Notes under the pieces: model-generated
Databases searched by the model: none
What the model was told of the DNA's origin: nothing
Seen by the model: the letters and a program-made list of their open reading frames with translations, nothing else
Translations under genes and position numbers: made by a program
IMG/VR virus record: IMGVR_UViG_3300021478_000035
Location: 1 to 54,715 of that record
Direction: 5' to 3' (one strand)
DNA length: 54,715 nt
DNA from: a virus
Lineage: Duplodnaviria; Caudoviricetes
Part shown: piece by piece, positions 8,828-17,787 of the stretch
Position numbering within the stretch: the first letter of the stretch is position 1
Layout of the letters: every line of letters begins with the position of its first letter

Positions 8828-10008
8828 AACATCCATGGCAACTGTTTAATGTTTTTTGGGATAATGGAAATGCTTCGGACGCAGCTTCAGCTGCGTCCGA
8901 TGCGGCTGCGGCTGCTGCTGCGGCAGGGTTTGGTGGTGAGGGTGTTACGAGCTCTGTTGGTATGGGAAATAATACTAGTGTGAATACGACCAATCGAGGG
9001 GGCGTTAGTGTTGCGACTGGTACGGCTAACACTGGATTTGGAGTTAGTCCTGCTTCGTCTAGTCCCACAGGCGGGGGAGGAGGGACGGCGAGTGGTGGAT
9101 CGGGACCAGGAGGCGGAGGAGCTGCTGGGGCGTATGGGGCAGGAAATACTGGTGGGTTTAATTCGCTGTCATTGATTGGGCTAATGAGGGCGGCTATAGC
9201 AAATGGTCTCGTTAGTCCAGCGGAAGCGGCGAGTATGGACCCTGGTTCGTTGGGACCAGCTAACCCGTATATGCCTAAGCCGTATGATCCGTATGATCCA
9301 AGCCACTATGGGGGGACGCCTGCTTATGGGCCAGGGGTGGCTCCGAGGACTGGAGCGGTGGCTAATTTTGGGTCGGGACAGGGATTTGGACTGGGGCCTG
9401 GTGGGCAGGGGAATGTGGGAGCTAATCAGAGTCAGACGGTGCAGACTATTAGGGCAGGGTTGAGTGATACGGCGCAGAATGCAAGGAGTGGATATGGCCC
9501 TGCAACGGTGAGAGGGCCTGCGACTTATCAGGATGTATATAATGGGCTGAGTCCGGATGCGAAGGCAGTGTTGCAGTCGGAGCTGGCGGGTTTGTCTGGG
9601 GGGATGGGATTTCCTTCTCTTTATAATCCGGCAGCTGCTACGGCGAGTCATTTTGGTGATCCGAGTATGGGGCCGAGTGCTCCGGTTGGGCAGGCTACGG
9701 CTGCGACGATGGGTGCTGGAGGGGTGACGTCGGCAGGGTATGGTGCGCCATCGGGTGATCCGGGTGCTAGGGGATCGAGTGCGGTTGGGACGCCGAGTAT
9801 GGGGTCATCGAATGCGCTGGCTCCAAGTCCGAATGCACCGTCTGCTTATGCGTCGAATGTGAGTATGATGGCTCCGAGATCGGCTTTCTCGCAGATGATG
9901 AGTCAGAATGTTGCGGAGAATATGGGGATAAGTGCGGGGGTGGGTTCGGGGAGGTATGCAAGTCCGACGCTGGGAGCGCAGCCATATAATACGGGAAGGT
10001 ATGCCTGA
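8824..10008 (+). CDS. Gly/Ala/Ser-rich low-complexity virion (ejection-like) protein
   Basis: Long ORF coupled to the portal by ATGA overlap. Confidence 0.65.
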   Translation: MKHPWQLFNVFWDNGNASDAASAASDAAAAAAAAGFGGEGVTSSVGMGNNTSVNTTNRGGVSVATGTANTGFGVSPASSSPTGGGGGTASGGSGPGGGGAAGAYGAGNTGGFNSLSLIGLMRAAIANGLVSPAEAASMDPGSLGPANPYMPKPYDPYDPSHYGGTPAYGPGVAPRTGAVANFGSGQGFGLGPGGQGNVGANQSQTVQTIRAGLSDTAQNARSGYGPATVRGPATYQDVYNGLSPDAKAVLQSELAGLSGGMGFPSLYNPAAATASHFGDPSMGPSAPVGQATAATMGAGGVTSAGYGAPSGDPGARGSSAVGTPSMGSSNALAPSPNAPSAYASNVSMMAPRSAFSQMMSQNVAENMGISAGVGSGRYASPTLGAQPYNTGRYA

Positions 10009-11537
10009 TGGCCTATGAGGATGATGATTACGGCTATGGAACTGGATCCGAAGGATCCAGTTCCCAGACTAATTATGGGCTGGCGTCTAATCCGCTGATG
10101 CCAATGGGTGATCCGATTGCGTATGCGAGGATGATGCAAAATCCTACTGGGAATGCGCCAGTTATGGCTAATACGCTGATGCCTATTGAGACGCCGGCTG
10201 GAATGCATACGCCGGGTATGCAGGTGCCGCAGATGGCTAGGTTGGCGCCGCTGAATGTGCCGGATATGGGAGGTGGAAGGGGAGGTGGAGGGAGTCCTGA
10301 GGGACAGCAGCCGACTGAGCAGGCTCCGACGGATATGGGGCCTAATTTGAATTCTATGCAGGGACTGTTACAGTTAAAAGGATTAGAGTCGCTGGCAGGG
10401 CCGCAAGGCCCTGCCACGACTCTTACGCCTGGTGGAGCAGTGGCAAGGCCGGGTGCGGGAGCTGGGCCTGGGAGGAGCCCGACTGGTGTGTCTATTGCGG
10501 CGGCCGCGGCACCTTATCAGGATATGGTTAATGATGCGGCGAAGCAGAATGGGGTGAACCCGCAGACGTTGACAAGGCTCCTTTATAGGGAGAGCCAGTT
10601 TGATCCGAAGGCAAAGAGTCCGGCTGGAGCGCAGGGGATTGGGCAGTTTATGCCTGCTACGGCGAAGGAGGAGGGGGTAGATGTGAATGATCCGAAGAGC
10701 AGTATTTATGGGTCTGCGAAGTATTTGGCTAAGATGACGAAGCTGTTTAATGGGAATGAGCAGCTGGGGATGGCGGCATATAATTGGGGGCCAGGGAATG
10801 TGCATAACTGGTTGAAGACTGGTGGGCTGCAAGGTGGAGTAGGGCTTTCTGGGAAGCCGATGCCAGGTGAGACGACGGATTATGTTAATGCTATTTCGGG
10901 AAGGCCATTGGCACCTAATGTGAAGGCGGCAAATGTTCCGTCAGCTGCTGCGGCTCCAATGGCTGCTCTGATAGCTGGACAGGGTGGTGGGTTTGCAGTG
11001 CCGGGAGGAGGGCAAAATCAGAGAGAGCAGCAGATTGCTCCGGCTCCGGAGTTTGGAAGGAGTCCGAAGGCTGGACAGATGTCTCCACATGGAGGGCCTT
11101 ACATAACGGGGGCGGATGGAGGGATTTATGCGACGGATGGAGATGGGAAGGTTGTTGGGCCAGCGGTGAAGGGAATTACGACACCAGCTCCAGAGACGGA
11201 GACGGCGAAGCCGTCCTCCGTCTCGCCGGGAGATGAAAATCCGGTGTATCAGGGGACACCTAATTTGGGTGGTGGAGTGAGTCGGCCACAAATGGATCCG
11301 AATAAGATTGTGCCTGGAGCGACTGCGCCGACGGAGACTAAGCCGACGCAAGATCAGCCGCAGCAGCAACAGCCTTCTGGCCAAAGCCCTGCTTTGCAGG
11401 GCTTTGGCCAAGATCCCCGACTGCAGAAGTTGTGGCAGTATATGTTGATTAAGAGCTTGATGCCTGAAATAAAGTTTAGGAATATTGGATATGATCCGTG
11501 GGCAGTGCATAGATTTGGGCAAGGAGGTGGATACTAG
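10008..11537 (+). CDS. Virion protein with lytic transglycosylase (SLT) domain
   Basis: RESQFDPKAKSPAGAQGIGQFMPATA and AAYNWGPGNV motifs (about 10510-10900). Confidence 0.9.
   Translation: MAYEDDDYGYGTGSEGSSSQTNYGLASNPLMPMGDPIAYARMMQNPTGNAPVMANTLMPIETPAGMHTPGMQVPQMARLAPLNVPDMGGGRGGGGSPEGQQPTEQAPTDMGPNLNSMQGLLQLKGLESLAGPQGPATTLTPGGAVARPGAGAGPGRSPTGVSIAAAAAPYQDMVNDAAKQNGVNPQTLTRLLYRESQFDPKAKSPAGAQGIGQFMPATAKEEGVDVNDPKSSIYGSAKYLAKMTKLFNGNEQLGMAAYNWGPGNVHNWLKTGGLQGGVGLSGKPMPGETTDYVNAISGRPLAPNVKAANVPSAAAAPMAALIAGQGGGFAVPGGGQNQREQQIAPAPEFGRSPKAGQMSPHGGPYITGADGGIYATDGDGKVVGPAVKGITTPAPETETAKPSSVSPGDENPVYQGTPNLGGGVSRPQMDPNKIVPGATAPTETKPTQDQPQQQQPSGQSPALQGFGQDPRLQKLWQYMLIKSLMPEIKFRNIGYDPWAVHRFGQGGGY
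10038..10064. repeat. Intragenic hairpin, GAA loop
   Basis: GGAACTGGATCC-GAA-GGATCCAGTTCC. Confidence 0.9.
11378..11410. repeat. Intragenic hairpin, AAA loop on minus strand
   Basis: TGGCCAAAGCCCTGC-TTT-GCAGGGCTTTGGCCA. Confidence 0.9.
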
Positions 11538-11995
11538 TGTTTGATATGTTTGACTTTACGCCGGTTGAGGGAGACCCGTTCCTTCGGAACGGGTCTCCCG
11601 ACCCATTTGCGAAGGGAGCGAAGCTCCCTTCGCAGCCGTATTCGCCGACGCCAGAACCGATTGATCAGCTTTTGAATAATTTGTATCCAGATCTGCCGAC
11701 TCCTATGCAGCCGCCTGCTCCGCTGCCGTCTTGGATACCGCCGAATGTGCAAGACTATATTAGGCAAGCGCCTTCATATAATGAGGGTGAGAGGATGTCG
11801 CCATTTCCGCCAAGTATAGCGGGGGGAGAGCCTTACTCGCTTACACCGCAGATTGGGGATATTAATAAGCTGTTTCATGGTCGGATTACCCAGAACGCAC
11901 CTACTAGCGAGGATCACAGTGCTCTCGCTAAACAATATAGGGGTCTGATGAAGCTTCCAGGCTTTGCAGGCTTTGCAGGAGGTAATGAAATTTAA
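11537..11995 (+). CDS. Pro-rich hypothetical protein with FDFTPVEGDPF N-terminus
   Basis: GTG start overlapping the previous stop; GGAGG RBS; N-terminus shared with the next gene. Confidence 0.65.
   Translation: MFDMFDFTPVEGDPFLRNGSPDPFAKGAKLPSQPYSPTPEPIDQLLNNLYPDLPTPMQPPAPLPSWIPPNVQDYIRQAPSYNEGERMSPFPPSIAGGEPYSLTPQIGDINKLFHGRITQNAPTSEDHSALAKQYRGLMKLPGFAGFAGGNEI
11569..11634. repeat. Two adjacent intragenic hairpins of opposite orientation
   Basis: GGGAGACCCGTTCC-TTC-GGAACGGGTCTCCC and TGCGAAGGGAGC-GAA-GCTCCCTTCGCA. Confidence 0.9.
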
Positions 11996-13578
11996 TGGCT
12001 GAGAGTGTCTTTGACACTTTTGACTTCACGCCGGTGGACGGAGACCCCTTCCGGAGACAGGCTCCGCCTGTCTCCCCTCTGGTGACGGAGTTCCAAAAGT
12101 CCCAGCCAGATCCGAATACTGATAAGCTGGCTGCGGCATCCTCTATTCCGACTGGCTCCGTGCCGCCGATGCAAGAGAATTGGGCGCAGTATGCGGGTGA
12201 TCCGACGCATCCTATGATAGCTAGGATTGGAAGTGCTGCAGTTGAGGAGGCGAGGAGATATGGGGCTGGGATTGGAAATGCGCTGCAGACGTTTGTGGGG
12301 CCGATGTATGGAGAGGGGCATGTGCCCCAATATTATACGGGGGAGAGTGGGGCGGATTATGCGGGAGCGGGGGTTAATCTGGCGGAGATGATGGGTGGGC
12401 CGGGAGGAGGTAAAGGAGCAGTTGGGGCAGGATTTAATTTTCCATGGGAATCTGCAGAAGCTTCGGGGTGGAATTCTGGTGCGGCTAAATATTTGGATAG
12501 TTTGGTGAAGAGTAAACCGCCGCTGAAGCCGGAGACAATGTCGGCTGTGAAGAAGTTGATTGAGAAGGGTCCGGATTATGGGCTGAATTTCTTTCAGACG
12601 AGTCCGGAGAATGAGCCGGGGAAAGGATTTGCAGCGCTGGCCACGACGAAGCATTTGGTAGAGGAGGCGGCGAAGCCCAAGCCTCCTCCAGTTGTGACGC
12701 CTGGGGCTGCGCAGGCTGCTGCTGCAACTCCGACAGCAGCTGCTCCGCAGACTTTGGCACCGAAGGTGCCAAAGGCTGCTAAGGTTTCAAAGTCTGTGAC
12801 GAGTACGCCGTTGAGTCCGCAGCAGGCGTTGTTTGGGACAGGGGGTGCTACTGAGTCTGAGTTGAGTCCTTTGTTTCAGCAGCAGTTTCCGCCGCTGGCT
12901 GTGCCGAAGATGTATCCGTACGATCCGAATGCAACAGGGAGTTCAGTTTATTCGATGGAGACTGCGCCGGGAACGAGTGGGCAGACACTGCCGTTTAATC
13001 CTAGTGGGTTGCCGATGGATCAGGCGTCTGTGGTGAAGAGGATGCAGGAGCAGGGATTTGGACCACTGAATAATAATTTGGTTTGGTGGAGAGGGGTTGC
13101 GCCGAAGGGACCGTACTCTTGGGACTCCGCTGGGGTGGGGTATAGAGATCCGGCCACGAAAGACTATGAGAAGGGAATATTTTTTCATCCTGAGACGAGT
13201 GTGGCAGGGAAGCCAGGGGCAGCTAATGCGCAGCTTTATGGGGATGTGCTGAACCCACATGTGCTGAGAGCTGATAATCCGCTTGTTACGGAGTGGAAGG
13301 ATGTGACAAAAGGGAGTACGATGTATAATAAGACAACGATGTCGAAGGTTATTAGTGATGCATGGAAGAAGGGGCATGATGCATTGCTGTTGAAGAATAT
13401 TAATGATATTGGGGGAAAGCATGACCAGCTGATTGTGAAACATCCAAGTCAGCTGAGACATCCTCAAGCGGCGTTCGATCCGAAATATAAAGGATCGTCT
13501 AATCTGTTGGCGGCAAGGGGGACGGGAGTACCCCCGATGGTAGTGCCTGACAAGGAAGAAGGAGGAGATGATGAGTAA
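11995..13578 (+). CDS. Virion/ejection-like protein with C-terminal ART-PolyVal-like ADP-ribosyltransferase domain
   Basis: LPMDQAS...GF...WRG...GIFF...NP...GHDALLLKNINDIGG...PSQLRHPQAAFDP...NLLA pattern (about 13009-13512). Confidence 0.6.
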   Translation: MAESVFDTFDFTPVDGDPFRRQAPPVSPLVTEFQKSQPDPNTDKLAAASSIPTGSVPPMQENWAQYAGDPTHPMIARIGSAAVEEARRYGAGIGNALQTFVGPMYGEGHVPQYYTGESGADYAGAGVNLAEMMGGPGGGKGAVGAGFNFPWESAEASGWNSGAAKYLDSLVKSKPPLKPETMSAVKKLIEKGPDYGLNFFQTSPENEPGKGFAALATTKHLVEEAAKPKPPPVVTPGAAQAAAATPTAAAPQTLAPKVPKAAKVSKSVTSTPLSPQQALFGTGGATESELSPLFQQQFPPLAVPKMYPYDPNATGSSVYSMETAPGTSGQTLPFNPSGLPMDQASVVKRMQEQGFGPLNNNLVWWRGVAPKGPYSWDSAGVGYRDPATKDYEKGIFFHPETSVAGKPGAANAQLYGDVLNPHVLRADNPLVTEWKDVTKGSTMYNKTTMSKVISDAWKKGHDALLLKNINDIGGKHDQLIVKHPSQLRHPQAAFDPKYKGSSNLLAARGTGVPPMVVPDKEEGGDDE

Positions 13579-13957
13579 GGCTTCTTTGAGTCGTCTTGCC
13601 GCGAAGCGGCATAGACGACTCAGGCATGTGCATCCGATGGTGGCGGATGCTGCGGTGGGAATTATTATGGAGAGTTATGATGCGCTGATGCATCATAATG
13701 AACACTGGGCTGCTTTTAAGAGGCAGTTTCCGGAGGCGACGGCTAAGGAGCTGGAGCAGATTTATCTGGAACATAATTGGGGAAAGGGTGTGGAGGCGGC
13801 AAGGGTTGTGCTGGCCCGAATGCTCGATCCAGCTGCTGCGCCGAATATTGATGAGGAGTCTAGAGAGCGAATACATGAGGCGCTGATCCTGGATAGGTCG
13901 CTTCAGATGGGGAGATTTAAGGATGCTTGGGAAGCATCAGGCATACGCCGAAACTGA
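13568..13957 (+). CDS. Hypothetical protein
   Basis: AAGGAGGAG RBS; overlaps the previous stop. Confidence 0.7.
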   Translation: MMSKASLSRLAAKRHRRLRHVHPMVADAAVGIIMESYDALMHHNEHWAAFKRQFPEATAKELEQIYLEHNWGKGVEAARVVLARMLDPAAAPNIDEESRERIHEALILDRSLQMGRFKDAWEASGIRRN

Positions 13958-13987
13958 GACTTTCGGCTCGAAGAGCCGAAAGGCTCA
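13955..13987. repeat. Hairpin, GAA loop
   Basis: TGAGACTTTCGGCTC-GAA-GAGCCGAAAGGCTCA. Confidence 0.9.
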
Positions 13988-14001
13988 AAGGAGAAACTGA
14001 C

Positions 14002-14772
14002 GTGGCTGATGAGAACGATAAGGTTGTAGCTGGTTCGGAGGGGGCTGGAACTCCCACAGACCCTCCGGCGGCGGTCGAGGCTCCTAGTGGGGCTCCCGTC
14101 GAAGAGGGGAAGGAGAAGGGGGCACCTCCTTCTCCCACTCCTTCCCCTCACACCTCGGGAGTGTGGCCTAAAAGCGCAGTCGATCGAGTTGCCAAACTGA
14201 CGGCCAGGCTGAGAGATTATGAGGCGAGGGCTATAGCGGGTCAGAAGCCTGTTAATCCGGCCACGGGACAGGAATTTACGGCTGAGCAGATTGATCAGAT
14301 GATCTCTGAGAGAGCTAATCTGGTAGCTAGTCAGACGGCTTTCAATACGAGGTGCAATGAGGCTGCAGGGAGGGGAGCGGAGAAGTATCCAGACTGGCAG
14401 GTTAGGCTGACTGGGCTGACTCAGCTGGTGGATACGACGGATGCCAGAAGTCTGGGCCAATATAACATGTTTCTGGAGGCTGCATTAGAGACAGGGGATG
14501 CGGAGGCCATTATTCATCGCCTCGGCTCGGATTTGAATTTGGCGTCGAGGATATTGAGTTTGAGCCCGATGAAGATGGCGATGGAGGTGGGAAAGTTGGC
14601 AGATGGAAAGGGAGGGGAGCCGAGTAAGGCTCCTAAGCCGATTAGGCCAGTCGGGAGCACGAGTCCGGTGACAGGGACGAAGCCGGATGATCCGGAGAGG
14701 GGGGCAGAGATGAAGATTGATGATTGGATGAATGCGAGGAATAAACAGGCAGCTGAAAGAAGGATACGGTGA
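14002..14772 (+). CDS. Putative scaffolding protein
   Basis: GTG start after AAGGAG; RVAKLTAR coiled coil, SKAPKPIRPVG and W...RNKQ C-terminus; upstream of the coat gene. Confidence 0.75.
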   Translation: MADENDKVVAGSEGAGTPTDPPAAVEAPSGAPVEEGKEKGAPPSPTPSPHTSGVWPKSAVDRVAKLTARLRDYEARAIAGQKPVNPATGQEFTAEQIDQMISERANLVASQTAFNTRCNEAAGRGAEKYPDWQVRLTGLTQLVDTTDARSLGQYNMFLEAALETGDAEAIIHRLGSDLNLASRILSLSPMKMAMEVGKLADGKGGEPSKAPKPIRPVGSTSPVTGTKPDDPERGAEMKIDDWMNARNKQAAERRIR

Positions 14773-14957
14773 GGAGTTTCGCAGACTTTCGTCCGAAGGA
14801 CGAAAGGCTGCTGAGGAGGCTTCTTCAACTGTTTAGGTGTCGGTTTGGGTGGTGTGAGGGACATGTGGTCTCTGGCATACATGATCATGTTATTTGGATT
14901 GGCTGGCAGTGTAATGAGTGTGGGGAGGTTAGGCACTACGGGCCGTCTAGATACTAG
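14769..14957 (+). CDS. Small Cys/His protein (CxxC)
   Basis: GTGA overlap; WQCNECG. Confidence 0.45.
   Translation: MRSFADFRPKDERLLRRLLQLFRCRFGWCEGHVVSGIHDHVIWIGWQCNECGEVRHYGPSRY
14781..14811. repeat. Hairpin, GAA loop
   Basis: GCAGACTTTCGTCC-GAA-GGACGAAAGGCTGC. Confidence 0.9.
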
Positions 14958-14964
14958 AGTTTCT

Positions 14965-14997
14965 TTGGATTTTTCGTCCGAAGGACGAAAAATCCAA
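14965..14997. repeat. Hairpin, GAA loop
   Basis: TTGGATTTTTCGTCC-GAA-GGACGAAAAATCCAA. Confidence 0.9.
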
Positions 14998-15120
14998 TGT
15001 CGGAGAAGCTAGGGCTCCTGCCTCCTAGCCAGTCACTGGGAACTGGGAATCCCTGAGGGAATGTTTGCAAAGCAAACTTTCCAGAGTCTATTAGGTGGTC
15101 GCTCTGCCGCCAGATGCTAT

Positions 15121-15161
15121 TCAGGCTCCTGCCGAAGGCGAAGCCTGAGGCAGGAGACTGA
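15121..15161. repeat. Hairpin with GA/GA mismatch and GAA loop over the capsid RBS
   Basis: CTCCTGCC-GA-AGGC-GAA-GCCT-GA-GGCAGGAG core. Confidence 0.9.
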
Positions 15162-15164
15162 CTG

Positions 15165-16388
15165 ATGGCTAATGTTCTACTCACTATCAACCTGATCACC
15201 AGAGAGGCGGTCAGACTCTGGAAGAATAGCAATGCGTTCTTACAGAATGTGGATATGCAATATGATGACTCCTTTGCGGTTGCGGGGGCCAAGATTGGTA
15301 ATACGTTGAGGATCAGGCTCCCGAATGACTATATTGTGACGACGGGGCCTGCTCTGTCAGTGCAGGATACGGCGGAACAGAATACTACGCTGACTATGGC
15401 GACGCAAAAGCATGTGGACGTGCAGTTCACTACGCAGGAGCGGACTCTTAGTTTGGATGACTTCTCCCGGAGAGTTCTTGCGCCGGCTGTGAACAATCTG
15501 GCTGGGTCTGTTGCCGCGGACATCATGTCAGGTGCTGAAGGTGGGATCTGCAATTTTGTGGCCAACCAGGACGTGAGCAATAACGTTCTGAGCCCAATTG
15601 CAGCTACTTATCTGCTGGCGGGTGCCAATCTTGACAACAACTCGGGGCCGATTGAGAACCGGAAGGTGGTAAATAATCCGGTCACTGAGGCCAGGATGGT
15701 TGCCACCCTCGCTGGACTCCTTAACCCGGCGCCTGAGATTGGTAGGCAGTATGTGACCGGCAGGATGTATGATGCGCTCGGTTTCATCTGGATGAAGGAC
15801 CAGACAGTTATCACTCATACCAGTGGGACGATGGCTCAAGGGTCGCTCACGGTTAATGGGGCCAACCAGACTGGGCTGGCTATTGCGGTTTCGGCGGCTG
15901 CTTCGACGCTCGCAGTGGGAGATATTGTTACTATTGCGGGTGTGTATAAGGTGAATAGGATTACTAAGCAGACGACGGGGCAGCTGGAACAGTTTGTGGT
16001 TACGCAGCCGCTTGCGGTTGCTGGAACTGTGCTGAATATTTATCCGGCCATTGTTCCGCCGGCTGGTGGATTGCCGGTGCAGTATCAGACTGTGACGGCT
16101 TCTCCGGCTAACGGGGCTGCGGTCAACCCGACCAACGGGCTGGCAGCATCTTCTGTGTATCGGAAGAACTTTGTGTTCGCTCCTGAGGCGGTGACGCTGG
16201 CGACTGCGGATCTGGAGACTCCAGAGGGGGTTCATGCGGTGGCCCGTGAGCAGTTCGATGGGGTGTCCATGAGGATGATCACGGATTACTTCATTGGGAC
16301 TGACCAGCTGATTACCAGACTGGATGTGCTGTATGGGTATCTGTGGATCAGGCCGGAATGGGCTGTGGTCGTCGCGGATGTGATCTGA
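15165..16388 (+). CDS. Major capsid protein, P22 coat family
   Basis: MANVLLTI, GAKIGNTLRIRLPNDY, LSLDDFS.RVLAPA, RLDVLYG...RPEW. Confidence 0.95.
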   Translation: MANVLLTINLITREAVRLWKNSNAFLQNVDMQYDDSFAVAGAKIGNTLRIRLPNDYIVTTGPALSVQDTAEQNTTLTMATQKHVDVQFTTQERTLSLDDFSRRVLAPAVNNLAGSVAADIMSGAEGGICNFVANQDVSNNVLSPIAATYLLAGANLDNNSGPIENRKVVNNPVTEARMVATLAGLLNPAPEIGRQYVTGRMYDALGFIWMKDQTVITHTSGTMAQGSLTVNGANQTGLAIAVSAAASTLAVGDIVTIAGVYKVNRITKQTTGQLEQFVVTQPLAVAGTVLNIYPAIVPPAGGLPVQYQTVTASPANGAAVNPTNGLAASSVYRKNFVFAPEAVTLATADLETPEGVHAVAREQFDGVSMRMITDYFIGTDQLITRLDVLYGYLWIRPEWAVVVADVI

Positions 16389-16485
16389 CCTTGCGGTCAG
16401 ATCGGAAGCCTCCAAGTTTTGGCTCTCAGAGCCAAAACTTGTGGCTGCTGGCGTTAGCAGAGATGGGAGGCCAGTTCTGGCCTCC
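16382..16485. repeat. Three hairpins after the capsid stop
   Basis: GATCTGACC-TTGC-GGTCAGATC; CAAGTTTTGGCTC-TCA-GAGCCAAAACTTG; GGAGGCCAG-TT-CTGGCCTCC. Confidence 0.85.
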
Positions 16486-16504
16486 TGAGGAAGAGGAGGA
16501 GGAT

Positions 16505-17038
16505 ATGCCGGAAGTTGGCGCAAAGTATCCGATGATGCTTTATGATGGTGAGAGAGAGTGCGTTGTGTATGATACGGAGGAAAGAGCTGAGGCTGAGAAA
16601 AATGGGTTTCATGCTCATCCGAGTATGGAACCGTCGAAGCCCGATAAGCCATTAAAAGCTCCGGTCGTTAAGCACGCGCCTTATCTGAGCCAGAAGGGTG
16701 AGTTGCTGAACTGTACGATGGGTGAATGGACGGGTGAGCCGCAAGCCTACCATTACCAGTTCAGGAGAGATACGAATACGCCCATTGGCACAGACTCCAA
16801 TGAGTATGCTCTGACGCCGGATGATGCTGGACATGGCATCGACTGTAGGCTGGAGGCGGTCAATGCTGCTGGGTCAGCGTCCTCTGTATCCAATAGGATT
16901 GCTATCCCTGCTTCGAAGCAGGGTATGCCACCTCCTATTCAGAGACCGGAGGTGAAGACGACGGTGAGTGTGCAGAAGACAGTGGAGGTCAAGAAGCCTG
17001 CTGCTCCTGCTACGCCCCCTCCGAAGAAGGGAGTGTAG
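16505..17038 (+). CDS. Virion protein with Ig-like domain
   Basis: ATG after GAGGAGG; GELLNC..GEW...Y.YQF...Y.LT.DD.G..I.C...A.N..G pattern. Confidence 0.65.
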   Translation: MPEVGAKYPMMLYDGERECVVYDTEERAEAEKNGFHAHPSMEPSKPDKPLKAPVVKHAPYLSQKGELLNCTMGEWTGEPQAYHYQFRRDTNTPIGTDSNEYALTPDDAGHGIDCRLEAVNAAGSASSVSNRIAIPASKQGMPPPIQRPEVKTTVSVQKTVEVKKPAAPATPPPKKGV

Positions 17039-17039
17039 C

Positions 17040-17222
17040 ATGCCCAAGATTTTGGAGGATGCGGTTAAGGCTATCAAGAAAAGTAGTCCGGGAGTTAATC
17101 CCTGGGCAGTTGCCACGAGTACGCTTCAGAAAGCTGGGGAGCTGAAAAAGGGAACGAACAAGGCGACAGCGAAGGGGGTGAAGCGCGGTGACATGACCAG
17201 GGCTGAAAGGCACAAGAAATGA
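17040..17222 (+). CDS. Small basic hypothetical protein
   Basis: GGAG RBS, MPKILEDAVKAI start. Confidence 0.6.
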   Translation: MPKILEDAVKAIKKSSPGVNPWAVATSTLQKAGELKKGTNKATAKGVKRGDMTRAERHKK

Positions 17223-17255
17223 AAATTAATCTGAGAGGTGGCTTGGTTACGTGCC

Positions 17256-17280
17256 TTGTCGCCTCCGAAGGAGGCGACAA
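17256..17280. repeat. Hairpin over RBS, GAA loop
   Basis: TTGTCGCCTCC-GAA-GGAGGCGACAA. Confidence 0.9.
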
Positions 17281-17783
17281 TGGCGCGTAACCGGATGAAT
17301 AAGGTTTATTCTATTTATCATTCGATGGAGGATAGAGGGCTGTTTGAGACCAATAAGGCCAATGTGCAAGCGGTGAGCAATGATGGGCTCTCTATTTATG
17401 AGGGGCCGGTTCAGTATCCGAAGATGCTGTATCATCCTAAAGGGGAGCTGTTTTGTATTACGCAGGGTATTTTAGTGACGGATCGGGATAATAGGCCAGT
17501 CTTTGATGAGGTGGGGAAGCCTAAATATGCGGGAGCTGTTTGGGGGGTGAAGAATATTGTTGTGGAGAATGAGGCCCAAGAGGCGGAGATGGTGGAGAAG
17601 GGTTGGCATTTTACGGAGGCTCAGGCGCTGAGAGCTAATCCGGAGACGCATTTGAAAGCGCCGCCTAAAACTCACGCTGAACTGCAGCAGGAGAAGATTG
17701 TTGAGCTGGAGAGACAGCTGGCCGAGATGCAGGGCAAAGTAGTACCCAACACCAAGGCTGCTCCAGCTCCGGTGAAGGTATAA
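17280..17783 (+). CDS. Hypothetical virion-module protein
   Basis: AAGGAGG RBS in a hairpin arm; YPKMLY motif shared with 16505 (YPMMLY). Confidence 0.7.
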   Translation: MARNRMNKVYSIYHSMEDRGLFETNKANVQAVSNDGLSIYEGPVQYPKMLYHPKGELFCITQGILVTDRDNRPVFDEVGKPKYAGAVWGVKNIVVENEAQEAEMVEKGWHFTEAQALRANPETHLKAPPKTHAELQQEKIVELERQLAEMQGKVVPNTKAAPAPVKV

Positions 17784-17787
17784 GTCC

